Part shown: one piece after another, positions 1 to 12,661 of the stretch
How the letters are laid out: each line of letters opens with the position of its first letter
Numbering within the stretch: position 1 is the stretch's first letter
DNA from: Azolla caroliniana
Taxonomy: Eukaryota > Plantae > Polypodiophyta
Reading direction: 5' to 3'
Length of the DNA: 64,000 bases
Assembly: GCA_043228905.1 (NCBI GenBank)
Contig: JBHGNT010000001.1
Coordinates: forward strand, 13,206,001-13,270,000
The notes under the pieces: model-generated
The model's input: the letters and a program-made list of their open reading frames with translations, nothing else
What the model was told of the DNA's origin: nothing
The model's database searches: none
Translations under genes and position numbers: made by a program

Positions 1-1441
1 ATGGTGCATTACGTCTCATCGGTGGTCTTGGTCGGAAGGAGGTCCGGTTTTGCTTACCGGCCAAACAATCAGTGCACTTCTCCAAGTGCACGTTCTTCAC
101 TGGAATGCGGTTGTCTTGTGCCAGCCTCTTCATCCCCTTCTCGCTCATGTGACATAGTCTCTTGTGCCACAGCTCACTAGCAATGTCGGATGTCACGTTC
201 ACTTCTTCCGGGCATAACAAGGCATTCATTAGGTACAACGTGTTGACTTTCCGGGCCTGAGCCACAATCAGGCTCCCTTTGCTGAACTTCATAACACTGT
301 TCCGAATGCTACCCGTGTAGCCTTCATCATCTAGCCGACTGGCTGATATCAGGTTCAGACGAACCTCCGGAACGTGTCAGACATCCTTCAACAGCATCTT
401 GCATCCGGTTGGTGTTGTCAACCACACGTCTCCTATGCCGACAATTCGGCATGTACCTTCATTCCCCATCCGGACACATCCGTGATCACCGGTCGAGTAG
501 GATGAGAAGCATTTCCGGTCCGGGGTAAGGTGGAACGACGCTCCGGAGTCGACCACCCAGGTCATCTCATCGCCGGCAAGGTTTATCTCACTCTCCTCGG
601 TGATGAGCATCAACTGTTCTTCACTTGCCACGATTGCCGTCGTTCCCTTCTGGTCTTTACCGTTCAAATTGGTACCGTCGGTTTCCTTGTCTTTCCGGAA
701 ATGCCGATAGTTCTTCTGGAAGTGTCTCGGCTTGCCGCAATAGAAGCAAGTAGGCCTCCCCCTTGACTTTGACCGTGTCCCCGACTTTTCCCGGTTCTGG
801 GGACTACGGTTTCTATGTCTTCCGCGTTCCAATTCAGTAAGGAGCGCTTTGGAGTCGGAGCTTGTATCCTTATCTTTCCGATGTGACTCCTCATCTAGCA
901 AGCTCGACTTCACTCTTGCTAGGGATAACCGTTTCCCTTCCGGCCCGGCGTTGCCCAAAGTGACAACCAATGTCTCCCAACTATCCGGGAGGGAACCGAG
1001 CAGGAGTAGCGCTAGTACCTCATCGACGAGAGGTACTTCCAATGATGTTTCCTGGTGGATCAGCCCCTGGAAGGCATTCATGTGCTCCGCCATGCTGGAG
1101 CCATCTTGGTACCGGAGTCTTACTAGCTTCCGGAATACCAAAACCTGATTAACAACATTTTTGTTTTGAAACATAATGCCGATCTTCTCCCAGAGCTCAT
1201 GAGCCTTGCTCTCTTCATTGAAGTTGTTGTATAAGCTCATGTCGATGAAGCACCGTATGTACGCCGTTGTCTTCATGTGCATCACCTCCCATATCGTGGC
1301 GTCGATTTTGTCCGGTCTCTTGTCCCCGAACTGAACCAGCAACCAAAGATCTTTAACCACGAGCATGTCCCTCATCTTCGACTTCCACACCGAATAGTTG
1401 GAGCCGGTGAGCTTGAACATGCCTCCCAACAAATCGTCCAT
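1..1441 (-). pseudogene. copia gag-protease-(GAG-pre-integrase) polyprotein with an in-frame stop at 377-379
   Basis: LLLLGSLPDSW gag motif, degenerate CFYCGKPRH knuckle, WVVDSGASFH protease; the frame continues past the stop as HVPEVRLNLIS...LWHKRLCHMSEKG. Confidence 0.9.
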
Positions 1442-1456
1442 TTTCTGTGTCGTTTC

Positions 1457-1468
1457 GCTCTGATACCA
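1457..1468 (-). promoter_or_regulatory. primer-binding site, tRNA-iMet (TGGTATCAGAGC)
   Basis: gctctgatacca on +, 3 nt from the LTR end. Confidence 0.95.
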
Positions 1469-1471
1469 CTT

Positions 1472-2230
1472 TGACAGGAACTACACGCTCTCGATGAACA
1501 ACGCTCGGCCACAACCGAGCCTAGAATAAAACACAGAAAACGGGAAATGAACACACGACACAAAGGAGAGAAGAGTACACAGGATGTTTACGTGGAAAAC
1601 CCAAACTCGGGAAAAACCACGGTAGCCCACGGACTGCAAACTATCACTATGTCAAAATGTACAATAAGAAAGCACCGAGGCCACGACCTCGAGCTTGCTA
1701 TCTTCGCCACAAGCGGCAGTTACAATCAGAGGCAACGACCTCTTCCTCTCTCTCACTCCCTCTGTACACAATTGCACGCTCTAATCTTGCACCAACAAGA
1801 ATGACAACAACCACTCAAAAAAGGGTTTGCCCTAAGTCATATTTATACTAATATGACTTTTCGGCTATTTACAAATATAGCCCCGATGGACTCTCAGAAA
1901 CATATTTACAAATATGTCCCTTCATCCGGTGAGCACTTCTCACCGGCCCTTCACCATCCGGCTCTTGCCGAGTACTCCTCATCCGGTTCTCACTGGGTCC
2001 TCCGTAGCTGGGTACACCACATCCGGTTCTCACCGGGTCTTCACCATCCGACTCTTGCCGGGTACTCATCATCCGGTTCTCACAGGGTCTTCCGTTGCCG
2101 GGTACTTGTCATCCGGTTGTCACCGGGTCTTCCGTAACCGGGTCTTCCACATCCAGTTTTGGCCTCGGCCAAGTTTGGTCATCAATACTGTTCTCTTCAC
2201 TTCCCATCCGGAGGGACATGTTTCCTAACA
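1472..2230 (-). repeat. copia 5' LTR (TGTTAG...TGTCA) with a CCGG-rich tandem array
   Basis: TG..CA ends, adjacent PBS, homologous to the solo LTR at 23400-24152. Confidence 0.9.
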
Positions 2231-2256
2231 CCACGTACACGGCCGTAACTGGAGGA

Positions 2257-5200
2257 ATGAAGAAAGAATACTGAAAAGTGGAGGATAAGTTACGGTCGGC
2301 ATCAATAATAAAAGAAGATGAAGAAATCATGGGAATAGTCGAAGAGGTGTTCTATGGGAGCACACTACAACGGCTTGAAGAGCTCGCGGAAGATACAAGC
2401 CAGGGAAACCGGGTAATTCCGATGGAGTCGGTCGAGATGTACGAGATGAGTGTGAAAATGGGGCCGGATGCGCTCCGCAAAGAAGAAACAATGGTATGTA
2501 CGAAATACAAGACCGTGGAGAAGAAAGTGAAACCGGCCGCGGGACCGTTACCCGCAGATAGCGAATAAAAGAGGAAAGAAGTCTCGGGGGATCCGACACT
2601 TCAGAAGTCCATGGATATCGAACATGCCTTCACAGATGAGACCCGGAAGAAACTTCGGATCGGTGGAGGTGGGTTCCTATTAAAGAATGAAGAAGAACGA
2701 TTCTATGGGATGCTAGAGCGACATGGGAGAACATTTGCATTTACATCGAAAGAAATAGGATGTGCTAACCCGAAGATAGTGGAGCTGATGGTGATCTTCA
2801 CGATTGACCATGTGCCGTGGAACCTGAAGCCGATTCCGGTGCCACGGGCGCATATTCCGAAAATCATCGACTTGCTCAAGGAGAAGGTGGCGATGGGGAT
2901 TCTAGAGCCATCAAATGCTCCGTACTCAAATCGATGGTTTACAGTTCTGAAAAAGAATGGGTCACTCCGATTTATTCAAGATTTGCAACCGGTGAACAAA
3001 GTCACGATCCGGAACTCCGGAGTTGGTCCGATAGTGGACGAATTTGTGGAAGCATTTGCCGGTCGCGCGATATACTCCATCGGAGACCTATACTCCGGAT
3101 ATGACCAATTCCAACTAGCTGTGAAGAGCCGAGACATCACTACCATGCGGACACCGATAGAATTAGTCCAGATGTGTACGCTACCACAAGGCGCGACGAA
3201 CTCAGTCGCACATATGATGAATGCGATGAACAAGGTGCTCCGGGATTGCATACCGGAGATAACGATGCCGTTCCTAGATGACATTCCAATGAAAGGGTGT
3301 GCGGTAGAAGAAAAAGATGAAGCTATGGATGAACGGGGATGCCAAAGGTTTGTAGTCAACCATATCCGTGATTGTGAGAAAGTGTTACGGAAGTTAGAAG
3401 ATGTGCATCTAACACTTTCCGGAGAGAAATCGGCATTCGGACAAGAAGAAATATTGGTAGTCGGACATCTATGTGGGCCCTACGGCCGAAGACCGTCACC
3501 AACCAAGATCGATGCGATTCAAGCTATGAAAGAAGTATGCGAGTCACAATTCGAAGTTCGAAGGTTTCTTGGAGCATGTGCATTCTACCACATATGGATT
3601 CCGCACTATGCACATATAGTGGACCCACTCAATCACTTGTTGCGGAAGGGTAAGAAGTTTGAATGGAAATCGGAGCATACCAAAGCCATGAAGAAGCTCA
3701 AGAAAACACTACGAAGGGCAGAAGCACTAAAGAAGCCGAGCTATGACCAACCGATCATAGTAACGGTTGACACAAGTCCAACCGGAATCGGATGGGTCAT
3801 CAATCAAGCCGATCCGGAAGGTTCGTGATATCCGATCCGATTCGGAGCAAAGGTTCTCAACGAAAGGCAACGCGGATATGCACAAGTTAAAAGAGAATTA
3901 TGGGGAGTCGTGTCGGCAATCAAATCGGATCGAGATTATTTGATCGGAGCCGAAGTAGTGATCGAAACAGATTGTCTTCCGATACTCGGGATGATGCGGT
4001 GCTGCACGATACCGGATGTGGCTATGCTAAGATGGATTGCATATGTTAAGTCACTTAATCCGGAGGTAAGACACATCTCCGGAAAAGACAACGCTGTAGC
4101 GGATATGCTATCAAGGGTGCGGTTCGGAGATCACATAACCGAATCCGATAATGAAGAAGTTTTCGAAGACTACTTTGCTTCGGAGCACATATGCCGGGTG
4201 GACGTAATCCAAGAATTCCGGGAAGAAGAATACGAGGGAGAAAGCCTGTTGATCAGGAAAATGCTACGAGAAATCGAGGAATCATCGGACAATAAAGAGA
4301 AGAGAGCCGAGATCCGAAGTAAGAAACGGCAAGTCCGAAAGTTCTTCTTGAAAAATGGATTTTTATGGAGGGAGCCGAAAAGACTGGGTGGCATACCACT
4401 TTGAGTAGTCGGGACAAAAGAGCAACGAAACCAGGTAATGTCCGAATTTCACGAATCTGATTGGGCTGGACATCGGGGAACATGGGCAACATTTGGGAAG
4501 ATCAAGCAAAGATATTGGTGGAAAAATATGTACAAAGATGTTGCGGAGTTCACGGAAAGATGCGAGAAGTGTCAAATCTACTCCGGAGTTCGACACCGAG
4601 ATGAGTTACATCCGACATTCTCACCGACAATCAACTTCAAATGGATGGTCAACATTGTAGCCATGCCAACCGGGATCGGACAAAAGAAGTACTTGATGTT
4701 AGCTCGGGAAGATCTCACAAATCAAGTAGAAGGTCGGGCGCTACGAAGAAAAACGTGTTCTGCGGTATGTCAATTTCTTTTGGAAGAAGTGTTTTGCAAG
4801 TACGGGTGCGTAGGACAAGTGATTGCGGATCAGGGAGAACTTGACTTTGATAAAGCTAGGGGATTCTTCGCCAAACATGGAGTTCAGTTAACACTAACAA
4901 CAATATACAATCCGGAAGCCAACGGGAAGGTCGAGCGAGGACATAGTCCGATCGTCAAAGCACTTGCCAAAGCATGCGACGGAAGGGTGAAGGATTGGCC
5001 GCAGATGCTTCCGTATGCACTATGGGCGGATCGGACGACTCATAGCTCCATAACCGGTTACATGCCGGCAGAACTCATGACCGGACAAGCACCGGTAATG
5101 CCGACGGAAACCGCAATCGCGACATGGACAATGCTACCATGGAAGGAAGAGATGAGCCGGGAAGAACTACTAGTGGTCCGGATACGACAACTGGAGGGAA

Positions 5201-5655
5201 GACCGGAAGGCAAAGCAGAAACAATACGCCGACAACAAGAAGCGCGATTCCGGAATAAAAGCCGGTTCGACACAAAGCACCGATTATGACCGCGGAAGAT
5301 TGAAGAAGGAGATTGGGTGATTGTCTACGACAGTAGTTTGGATCATCAACATACAACGATGCGGAAGTTCGCGAAAAGGTGGTTCGGGCCATACGAGGTT
5401 TGGAAAGTTTTCGACAACAGAACTTACCGACTATGCGAGTTGGATGGAACAATGCTACGAGTGCCTATAGCCGGGAAACGGGTGAAGATTTTCAAGAAGC
5501 GGACTGATGAAGAACCCTATGTGATCCTAGACAAGACCGACCAGAAGGAGCAATCAGACGAAGATTGCGGTGATGCGGAAAGCGAAGAAAGTGGATTAGA
5601 ACTCATAGTCGACTTAAGGGGAGAATCAGAGGAAGCTTCGGATGAAGGTGAATAG
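2257..5655 (+). pseudogene. GyA pol (RT-RNase H-integrase) with several premature stops
   Basis: ORFs 2278-2568, 2611-3828, 3910-4404, 4438-5289 and 5317-5655 lie in one frame; LPQGATNS, FLDD, DTSPTGIG, H-H-C-C zinc finger, YNPEANGKVER. Confidence 0.93.
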
Positions 5656-5711
5656 CAAGCATCGGGGACTTGGGCACATACCAGAGGATGTGCAGGTTAG
5701 GAGGGGGCGAG

Positions 5712-6607
5712 TGTCGTAGTGTAATTCGCACACTACGTGAAAAATTACATTTTTGGTCTCTCTGGATAGGGCATGGAGTACCCGGTGAGAGCCGGAAGAA
5801 GGAACCGGTAAGGACCGAAACTGGTAAGGAGACCCAGCAAGAGCCGAATGAAGAAGGCCGGTGAGAGTCGGTGAGAAACGGATGAAGAGATCGGTAAGGA
5901 GGTCTCGGTAAGAACCGGACAAAGAAAACTAGCAAGCACCGGATGAAGCAGAACCGGAAAGAGCCGGATGAAGAAAGCCGGTGAGAGTCTCTCACCGGAT
6001 GAAGAGACATATTTGTAAATAGAAGAAAGTATAAAAATATATATATTACATGCATAGGGCAAGATTCGAACCTTGCACCTCCATGTTAATAATGTTAAGC
6101 CTTATCATTATACTAGCGTATTATGAATTTTAAAGTTATACTAAACTTTATCCCATGTAAAATTTCTAAACATGCACGGTACAAAAAGTTATTCATGCAT
6201 AGACACTAGAGTTAAAAGAAAAGATGAGATAGAAAGCTAATCATGCACATGCAGTGTGCATGAAAACTAAAGATAGGAAAAGCATGATGCTTGCATGTGA
6301 TAAACTTAGACTCTTCCAACACTATATAAGGAAGAGAGAAAGATGTATAGAGGTTGTTGATTATTTTTACAAGGGTTGATTAATATAATATAATCGTGGG
6401 ATCCACGAGTTTGCTAACTATTTTCCTCTCTTAATTTGAGTACCCACTAATACACTATACTCGTGGGATTCACGAGTTTTTCATATCTTTCTTTCTTACG
6501 ATATATTTCATATTCTTAATTGCCTTAGAATTTTCTTTCCTCCTAGTCCAAAACCCCAGCGGTTCCCACCCGACTCACGCAACGATCCGGAGCCGCAAGG
6601 CACGACA
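5712..6607 (+). repeat. GyA 3' LTR (TGTCGT...ACGACA)
   Basis: Terminal inverted repeats; follows the PPT; homologous to the other GyA LTRs. Confidence 0.93.
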
Positions 6608-6827
6608 ACGCTCTCGAATGAAGTGATAGTGTACTTCAATGTGCTTAGTGCGCGCGTGGAACACTGGATTCCTAGCCAGATGAATGTTGCTCATGTTGTC
6701 ACAGTACAGGAGAATCAGATCCTTGATGGGAGCACCCAAATCCATCGGTATACGCTTCAACCAAACGACTTCACATGCGGCGACGGTCTCACCCCTATAT
6801 TTGGCATTTGTGCTCGACAATGCGACT
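6608..6827 (-). pseudogene. Ty1/copia RNase H fragment
   Basis: VALSSTNAKY...LYCDNMSNIHLARNPVFHARTKHIEVHYHFIRE. Confidence 0.9.
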
Positions 6828-7315
6828 TGTTATGTACACATAACGTAGGTGAGGGTAGGTCACTAATTTTTACATAAGTGAAGGGTATGTTCACTAATGT
6901 TAAAAAGGGGACTAATGTGATTGGATAGAAAGAATGATAGTTGCATGCACTATCATGATTTGGACAACCAATGAATGGAGAGCCTTTTAGAAAGGCACAT
7001 CCATTCAAGGGCCTAGGAAAGGGTATAAATATGAGGCTTAGCTACCCTCATAAGGACATCACGTCGGAAGGCTCCTGTCTTAGACACCAGTGGTGTGGGC
7101 TAGGCTTTCGTCTCGACAATCGTGTTTATCTCTTCCAAGGTATTAGTCATCCGTATATCCGGCGGTATGGGACGTCGGTGGTAGGTTGGCTATGTTTAGA
7201 TCATAGCTCGGGGGTGGTCGGGTCAAACAGGTTCTTCTATCCAATCTATTTTCTTTCGTTTTACTTTATTTTGGTCTATTGATTAGTAATAGACTCTTAA
7301 CAGTGGTATTAGAAC
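6828..7315 (+). mobile_element. LTR (TGTTA...TAACA, 6828-7302) plus decayed tRNA-Met PBS of a truncated, probably copia, element
   Basis: Terminal IRs, TATAAAT, and tggtattagaac at 7304-7315 (2 mismatches to TGGTATCAGAGC). Confidence 0.65.
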
Positions 7316-7426
7316 ATTTACTAACAATTTTTTTTTGTTGGTTTGATGGTTTTTGCGTGTGAGCGATGGGGATCTAACAAGGCTCACCATGCTCTTCTTA
7401 GGATCAAAACAACATTCTAAACCTGG

Positions 7427-7529
7427 TGTCAGGAACAGTACTAAGACAGAGAAGGAATTAGTACTAAAAGAAGTATTAGTACTAAGAGAGGTGAAGAACT
7501 CTCGAGAGAAGGAAAGAGTGAGTGAGAGG

Positions 7530-7569
<40 letters not shown>

Positions 7570-7862
7570 TGATAAGAAAAGATATATATTATGTGAAGGA
7601 AATGTACAATAGCTAGGAGGCTTAAGACTGGCGTTGAACCGATTTGGTTCGAAATAATGCCTCGTCCCTCCTTTTATAGTGTTCTAAGGAATACTCCTGA
7701 AGTTTCTACAATGTTCCAGAGAAATCTGGAATATACATCAATTTTCTATAATAAAACATAAAAGAAAATAATATTCTACGTATTACAATGCATAGTCTAA
7801 TGGTCAAGAGCTCGACCCATGTAGCATAAGGTCATGGGTTCGAGTTTTGCCATATCATGACA
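7427..7862 (-). repeat. Tcn1-like 3' LTR containing a (GA)n tract
   Basis: Near-identical to 12662-13091; TGTCA...TGACA ends. Confidence 0.95.
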
Positions 7863-10800
7863 CTATCCCCCCTTTAAAACGACGAGTGTAACGAGTCGTT
7901 TTGGATTGAGGACCCGGTTTGTCTGGATATTGACGATGGAAGTCTTCAAGAAGAGCACGAGCGTTGGTGACATTCTCTATCGGTTCCCAAGTACGCTCGC
8001 TGGGACTATATCCTAGCCAATCGACTAGATAGTAGAGCTTGTTGCGAACAAGCTTGGAATCAAGGATGGTGGCAACCTCGTACTCAGGTCCATCTTCAAG
8101 CTCAATCGGGGGTGGTGGCTGTGTAATACGTCCTGGGATGGTGCTCTCTTGATAGGGTTCAAGGAGAGAACTATGAAACACCGGATGTATCCGAAGTTGT
8201 GGAGGTAGATCAAGACGAAAAGCGACATCATTAATCTTTCCTATAATACGGAAGGGACCTAATCGCCGATAATCCAACTTCTCACATGGGCGAGTAGTCT
8301 TGATGTGTCATCGGAGTAGCCATACCCGATCTCCAATGTTAAAACTAGATGGGAGTCGATGACGATCCGCATAAACCTTGTGTGTTTCTTGAGCTTGTTG
8401 GAGATGAGTAGATAAATCCGCTTGTATCTTGCGTAACCTCTCCAAACGATCCTCTGCGCAAGGATTTGTGGACACCTCTGGGGTTTCAAGTACACACCAC
8501 CGGGGGTGACATCCCGTATAAGCATAAAATGGCGTAACTTTAGTGGATGCGTGGATAGAGTTGTTATAGGCAAATTCGGCGAAGTGGAGAATATCTACCT
8601 AGTCATCCTGATGATAGCTGAGAAAGCACCGCAGATACTGCTCCAACGTTTGATTGGTTCGTTCGTCTTGGCCGTCGGTTTGTGGGTGGTAGCCGGAGGA
8701 GAGGTTACAAGTGACCTTGAGCATGTTAAAAAGGTGCTTCCAGAATTTTGACACGAACTAGGGTCCACGGTCGCTGATGATACTATCGGGAAGTCCATGA
8801 TGCCGACATACTTAACGCATGACAATTTCGGCAGTGTCTTCACTGGAGATCTCCTTAGTACATGGCAAGAAATGAGCCATCTTCGTATATCGATAGACCA
8901 CCGTTAGAATCGCATTGAACCCCTTAGAGACTGGAAGATCTGTGATGAAGTCTAGAGCAATGGATTGCCACGGCTTGCTTGGAATTGGCAATGGTTCTAA
9001 TAAACCATATGGATGATGCCTTGGCATTTTCGCTCTGCAGCATGTATCACAAGGCCGAACAAAATCCTCGACAAATTGTCGCATACAGGGCCACCAGAAT
9101 GATCGTTGTACTAAATGTAACGTTTTAGTACTACCAAAATGCCCAGCTGTATATGTGTCATGACAGTTTTGTACTACTTGAAGGCTGTAAGAACCATTAG
9201 GAACATAAAAGTTCTTTAAAGAAGAGTAATCCATCATGGTATTTGAATTGCCGATAGTCCGTACCTGGTGGTTGCGATTGTGAACACGACGCTCGAGAGG
9301 GATCAATTTGTGCTAGTATAGCTTGGGTGAATGCATCTGTCTTCAAGTCTTCGCGTATGGTATCGATAACGCGGGAATCCCTGGGCATGTCAAAGATCTG
9401 TGTTGCTTGTAGTTGTGCCGGTCCCAAGATGACTTGTTTTTGGTTATCAAAAGTTGGCTCGCCGGGACGGGGTGCTAGATACGAACGCCATGATAATGCA
9501 TCTGCCTTCCCTTGGTGCTTCCCCGGACGATATGTAATTTTGAAGTCGAAACGCGTGAGGAAGTGGGCCCACCGAGCTTGACGTCGATTCAACACACGAG
9601 CATCCTGAAAGTAGGCAAGGTTCTTGTGGTCACTAAATACGGTGACCGGATGAGAGGATCCCTCTAGAAAATGCCTCCATTGCATAAAAGAATCCACTAT
9701 TGCCAATAGCTCCTTATCATGAATTTCGTAGTTGATTTCGGCGGCGTCAAACTTGCATGAGTGAAAAGCCACAGGATGTAGCTTCTCATCATTCTCCTGT
9801 TGTGACAGAATGCTCCCTAATGCAAAATCCGATGCGTCAGCTTCGATAATGAACGGTTTTTCCGGATCGACATGAGCTAGAATTGGAGCCAATGTAAATG
9901 CCTTTTTAAGACTCTCGAAAGCCATGTCCGTTTCTCCAGACCAGATGAACGGTTGTCCCTTCCTGGTAAGTTGTGTGAGAAGTAGAACGATCTTTGAGTA
10001 ATCTTGTATGAACTTCCGGTAAAAATTGGCAAAGCCTAGGAAGCATTGCACATCCCGCATCGAACGCGGAGTTTGCCATTCTACCACCGTTTTGACCTTA
10101 GCTGGGTCCATGGAGATGCCTTTTGACGAAATGATGTAGCCGAGAAATTCCACTTGGTTGCACCCGAAACTACATTTTTCCAGCTTTGCATACAGACCAT
10201 GTTCTCGAAGTCGTTTTCGTACTAATAGTACATGAGAATCATGTTCTTCTTGGGTCTTGGAATAAACCAATAGATCATCCAAATAGATGATCAAACAATC
10301 ATCCAATAGATCTCGGAATATATCATTAGCCATGTGTTGGAAGATTGTCGGCGCATTAGTGAGGCCGAACGGCATGACCGTATACTCGAGGTGCCCATAT
10401 CTGGTGCGAAACGCAGTCTTCCATTCGTCTCCTGGTCGGATCCGTACGAGGTTATATGCTCCCCGTAAGTCGATCTTCGTGAAGAACCTGGCACCATTGA
10501 TCCGTTCTAAAAGACTTGAGATAAGGGGAAGAGCATACCTATTCCTGATTGTAACCTTATTCAGGCCACGGTAATCTACAACGAGACGAAGCGATCCATC
10601 CTTTTTCTTGACGAACAAAATGGGCGCGCCGGCTGGAGATTTTGAATGCCGAATGAAACCATTTTCCAAATTCGCCTCTATGTAGGCCCGAAGGACTTCC
10701 AGCTCGGTTGGTGACAAATTGTAGATCGGTCCCCATGGCGGCTCTTTTCCCGATTGTAAATCGATGGGGCAATCATACGGTCGATGATGAGGAAGTGTGT

Positions 10801-11449
10801 TGGCTTGTACTTTATCGAACACATCGGCGTAATGACGATACTTCTCGGGAAGTTGAACGGTGGATTCTTCTTTACTGGTGTTGGAGGGTTTTACTGATAT
10901 TGCAAAGAGGAACATTTCCTCCTTGCGCCCTTCTTTTCGCAACTGATGTAGCGAAATGGTTGCCATCTTCTGAGTTGACCCTTGGGTTTGTCGACACTGG
11001 ATCTCTCTTGTTCTCCAATCTATGTCTGGGTTATGTAACTCGAACCACGTCAATCCTAAAACTATGGGATATTCTGGGATACTAATAATATTAAATGATA
11101 CTACACATGCTAAGTTATCTAGGACAATATTAATGGGCTCTGACTCTTCTATGATATTTCCGGAAGCAATGGGACGTCCATCAATGACTACTACAAAGGC
11201 TGGACACTGGAGTTTTCTTAAGGATATCTTATGAGCTTGAGCAAATTTCTTATCCATAAAGCAAGAGTTAGCTCCAGAATCTAGGAGTGCTAGGACATGT
11301 ACTGGAGGGGTTCTTTTAGTACTAACTATTACTTGGGCTACGAACACATCACTAACTTGCTTAGAGGGAATGGAACCACTAATGGGCTGCACAGATCTAG
11401 GGCTGTCCAACCAAACGACTCCTATTTTGGCTGGACTTAGTCGTTTAAC
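7855..11449 (-). pseudogene. Tcn1-like pol: protease-RT-RNase H-integrase-chromodomain, frameshifted
   Basis: LLDSGA, YLDD, DASDFALG, GHFG..CDTC, GPF and YEVATILD..YLVDWLGY..TWEP across ORFs 9197-11410, 8812-9306 and 7855-8277. Confidence 0.93.
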
Positions 11450-12588
11450 TCTTCTTCTAACTGACTAAGGACATCAAATCTGTTCGCTAGATCTGGGCTA
11501 TTAGTACTATTAGGACTATCAGATATCCCTACTGAAATAGGCTCGTGTTTAGTACAATTAGAACTAGCGACTATTTGGTTTAACTGTCTTCTTGGCCTAT
11601 GGGGGCAATTTATTGCAATATGTCCTGGTCCACCGCAGTAAAGACATAGTCGATTTGTACGGTGTCGCTATTTTTCTTCTTCGGATAATGGCCCTCGACG
11701 ACGTGTAGTGTCAATCTCCATCGGAGTCGGAGTATTCGCTGGAGGCACATTATATGACTCCCTCGGAAAAGGTCTTGCTACCACTGAGGAGTAGGTGGGC
11801 TCTGATCTTGCCCTCGGCATCTGTAGTTGTCGTTCCGAACGTCGCTCAAAGAGGCGGTTGTCACATCTCACCGTGCGACTAATTGCTTTTGTTAAGGACT
11901 TTGGCTCTTCGGGGAAGGTCAAGAGTAAATCCTTGACGTCGTTGCGTAAACCATAACGGAATTGCTCCATCAACGCTTGATCATCCGAAGGGATATCGGC
12001 GGCGAGTAGGCAAAAATCTGCAGCGTATGCGGAGGCTGGACGGTCACCTTGGCGTAATCGCCGAATTTTGTTGATTGCGGTCCTGATGCTGTCAGTATCT
12101 CCGAAACATGCTTTAAACTCACCTAGAAATTCTTCAAAATTATTGAGTAACGGAGATTCCTTTTCTAATAGTGGAGCAAACCATGCCAACGCTGAGCCAC
12201 TTAACAAAGTGCCTACTAAACCCACTCGTGATGCATCGGTGGGATATCGGGAAGGATGCATTTGAATAACTAATCGTACGTGGTTAAGGAACCCTCTAAA
12301 CTGCGATCGCATTCCATCGAACTTCGTGGGAAGGCCAATCTTGGGTTCTTTATGAATCCCTTGTGTTCCGGGCCCTTGTTGTTGCATCGCTACGATGGTT
12401 GCTTCGAGTTATTGCACGCGTAACGCAAGTTCCTCGTGCTGTTGTTGCGTTTGCTGCTTTTCTAAGGAGATTTGTTGAAGATCCCCCAGCAACCGTTGGT
12501 TTTCTTGTTCCAAAGCATGGAACTTCTCTTTCAAGCATTGAAATTCCGAGAAAACATATTGATATTCTTCAGCGCTAATAGTGGCCAT
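11437..12588 (-). pseudogene. Tcn1-like gag (PEG10/RTL-type capsid plus CCHC knuckle) with two C>T stops
   Basis: ATG at 12588, LPTKFDG..FRGFL, PTPMEID, CLYCGGPGHIAINC; terminal TAA at 11437-11439. Confidence 0.88.
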
Positions 12589-12661
12589 GGATGAAAGAAA
12601 AGAGGAATAAGAGATTAGTAGGAAATGAGAGAGACAGAAGGTAGGAAAAATCGGTTCAAAC

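Larger units (their letters stand above)
1..2230 (-). mobile_element. Ty1/copia LTR retrotransposon (Tnt1/Tork-like), 5' part; runs off the window start; inserted into GyA copy 1
   Basis: 5' LTR, tRNA-iMet PBS, gag-protease ORF; the right flank (2231 onward) matches the GyA pre-pol sequence at ~38219. Confidence 0.93.
2231..6607 (+). mobile_element. Ty3/gypsy family GyA copy 1 (3' part: pol, PPT, 3' LTR)
   Basis: Colinear with 38219-42489; PPT ggagggggcgag at 5700-5711. Confidence 0.95.

Noticed and set aside
7785-7862. Genuine tRNA gene in the LTR
   Set aside because: A and B boxes are present, but no convincing acceptor or anticodon stems could be folded; reported only as a tRNA-like module.
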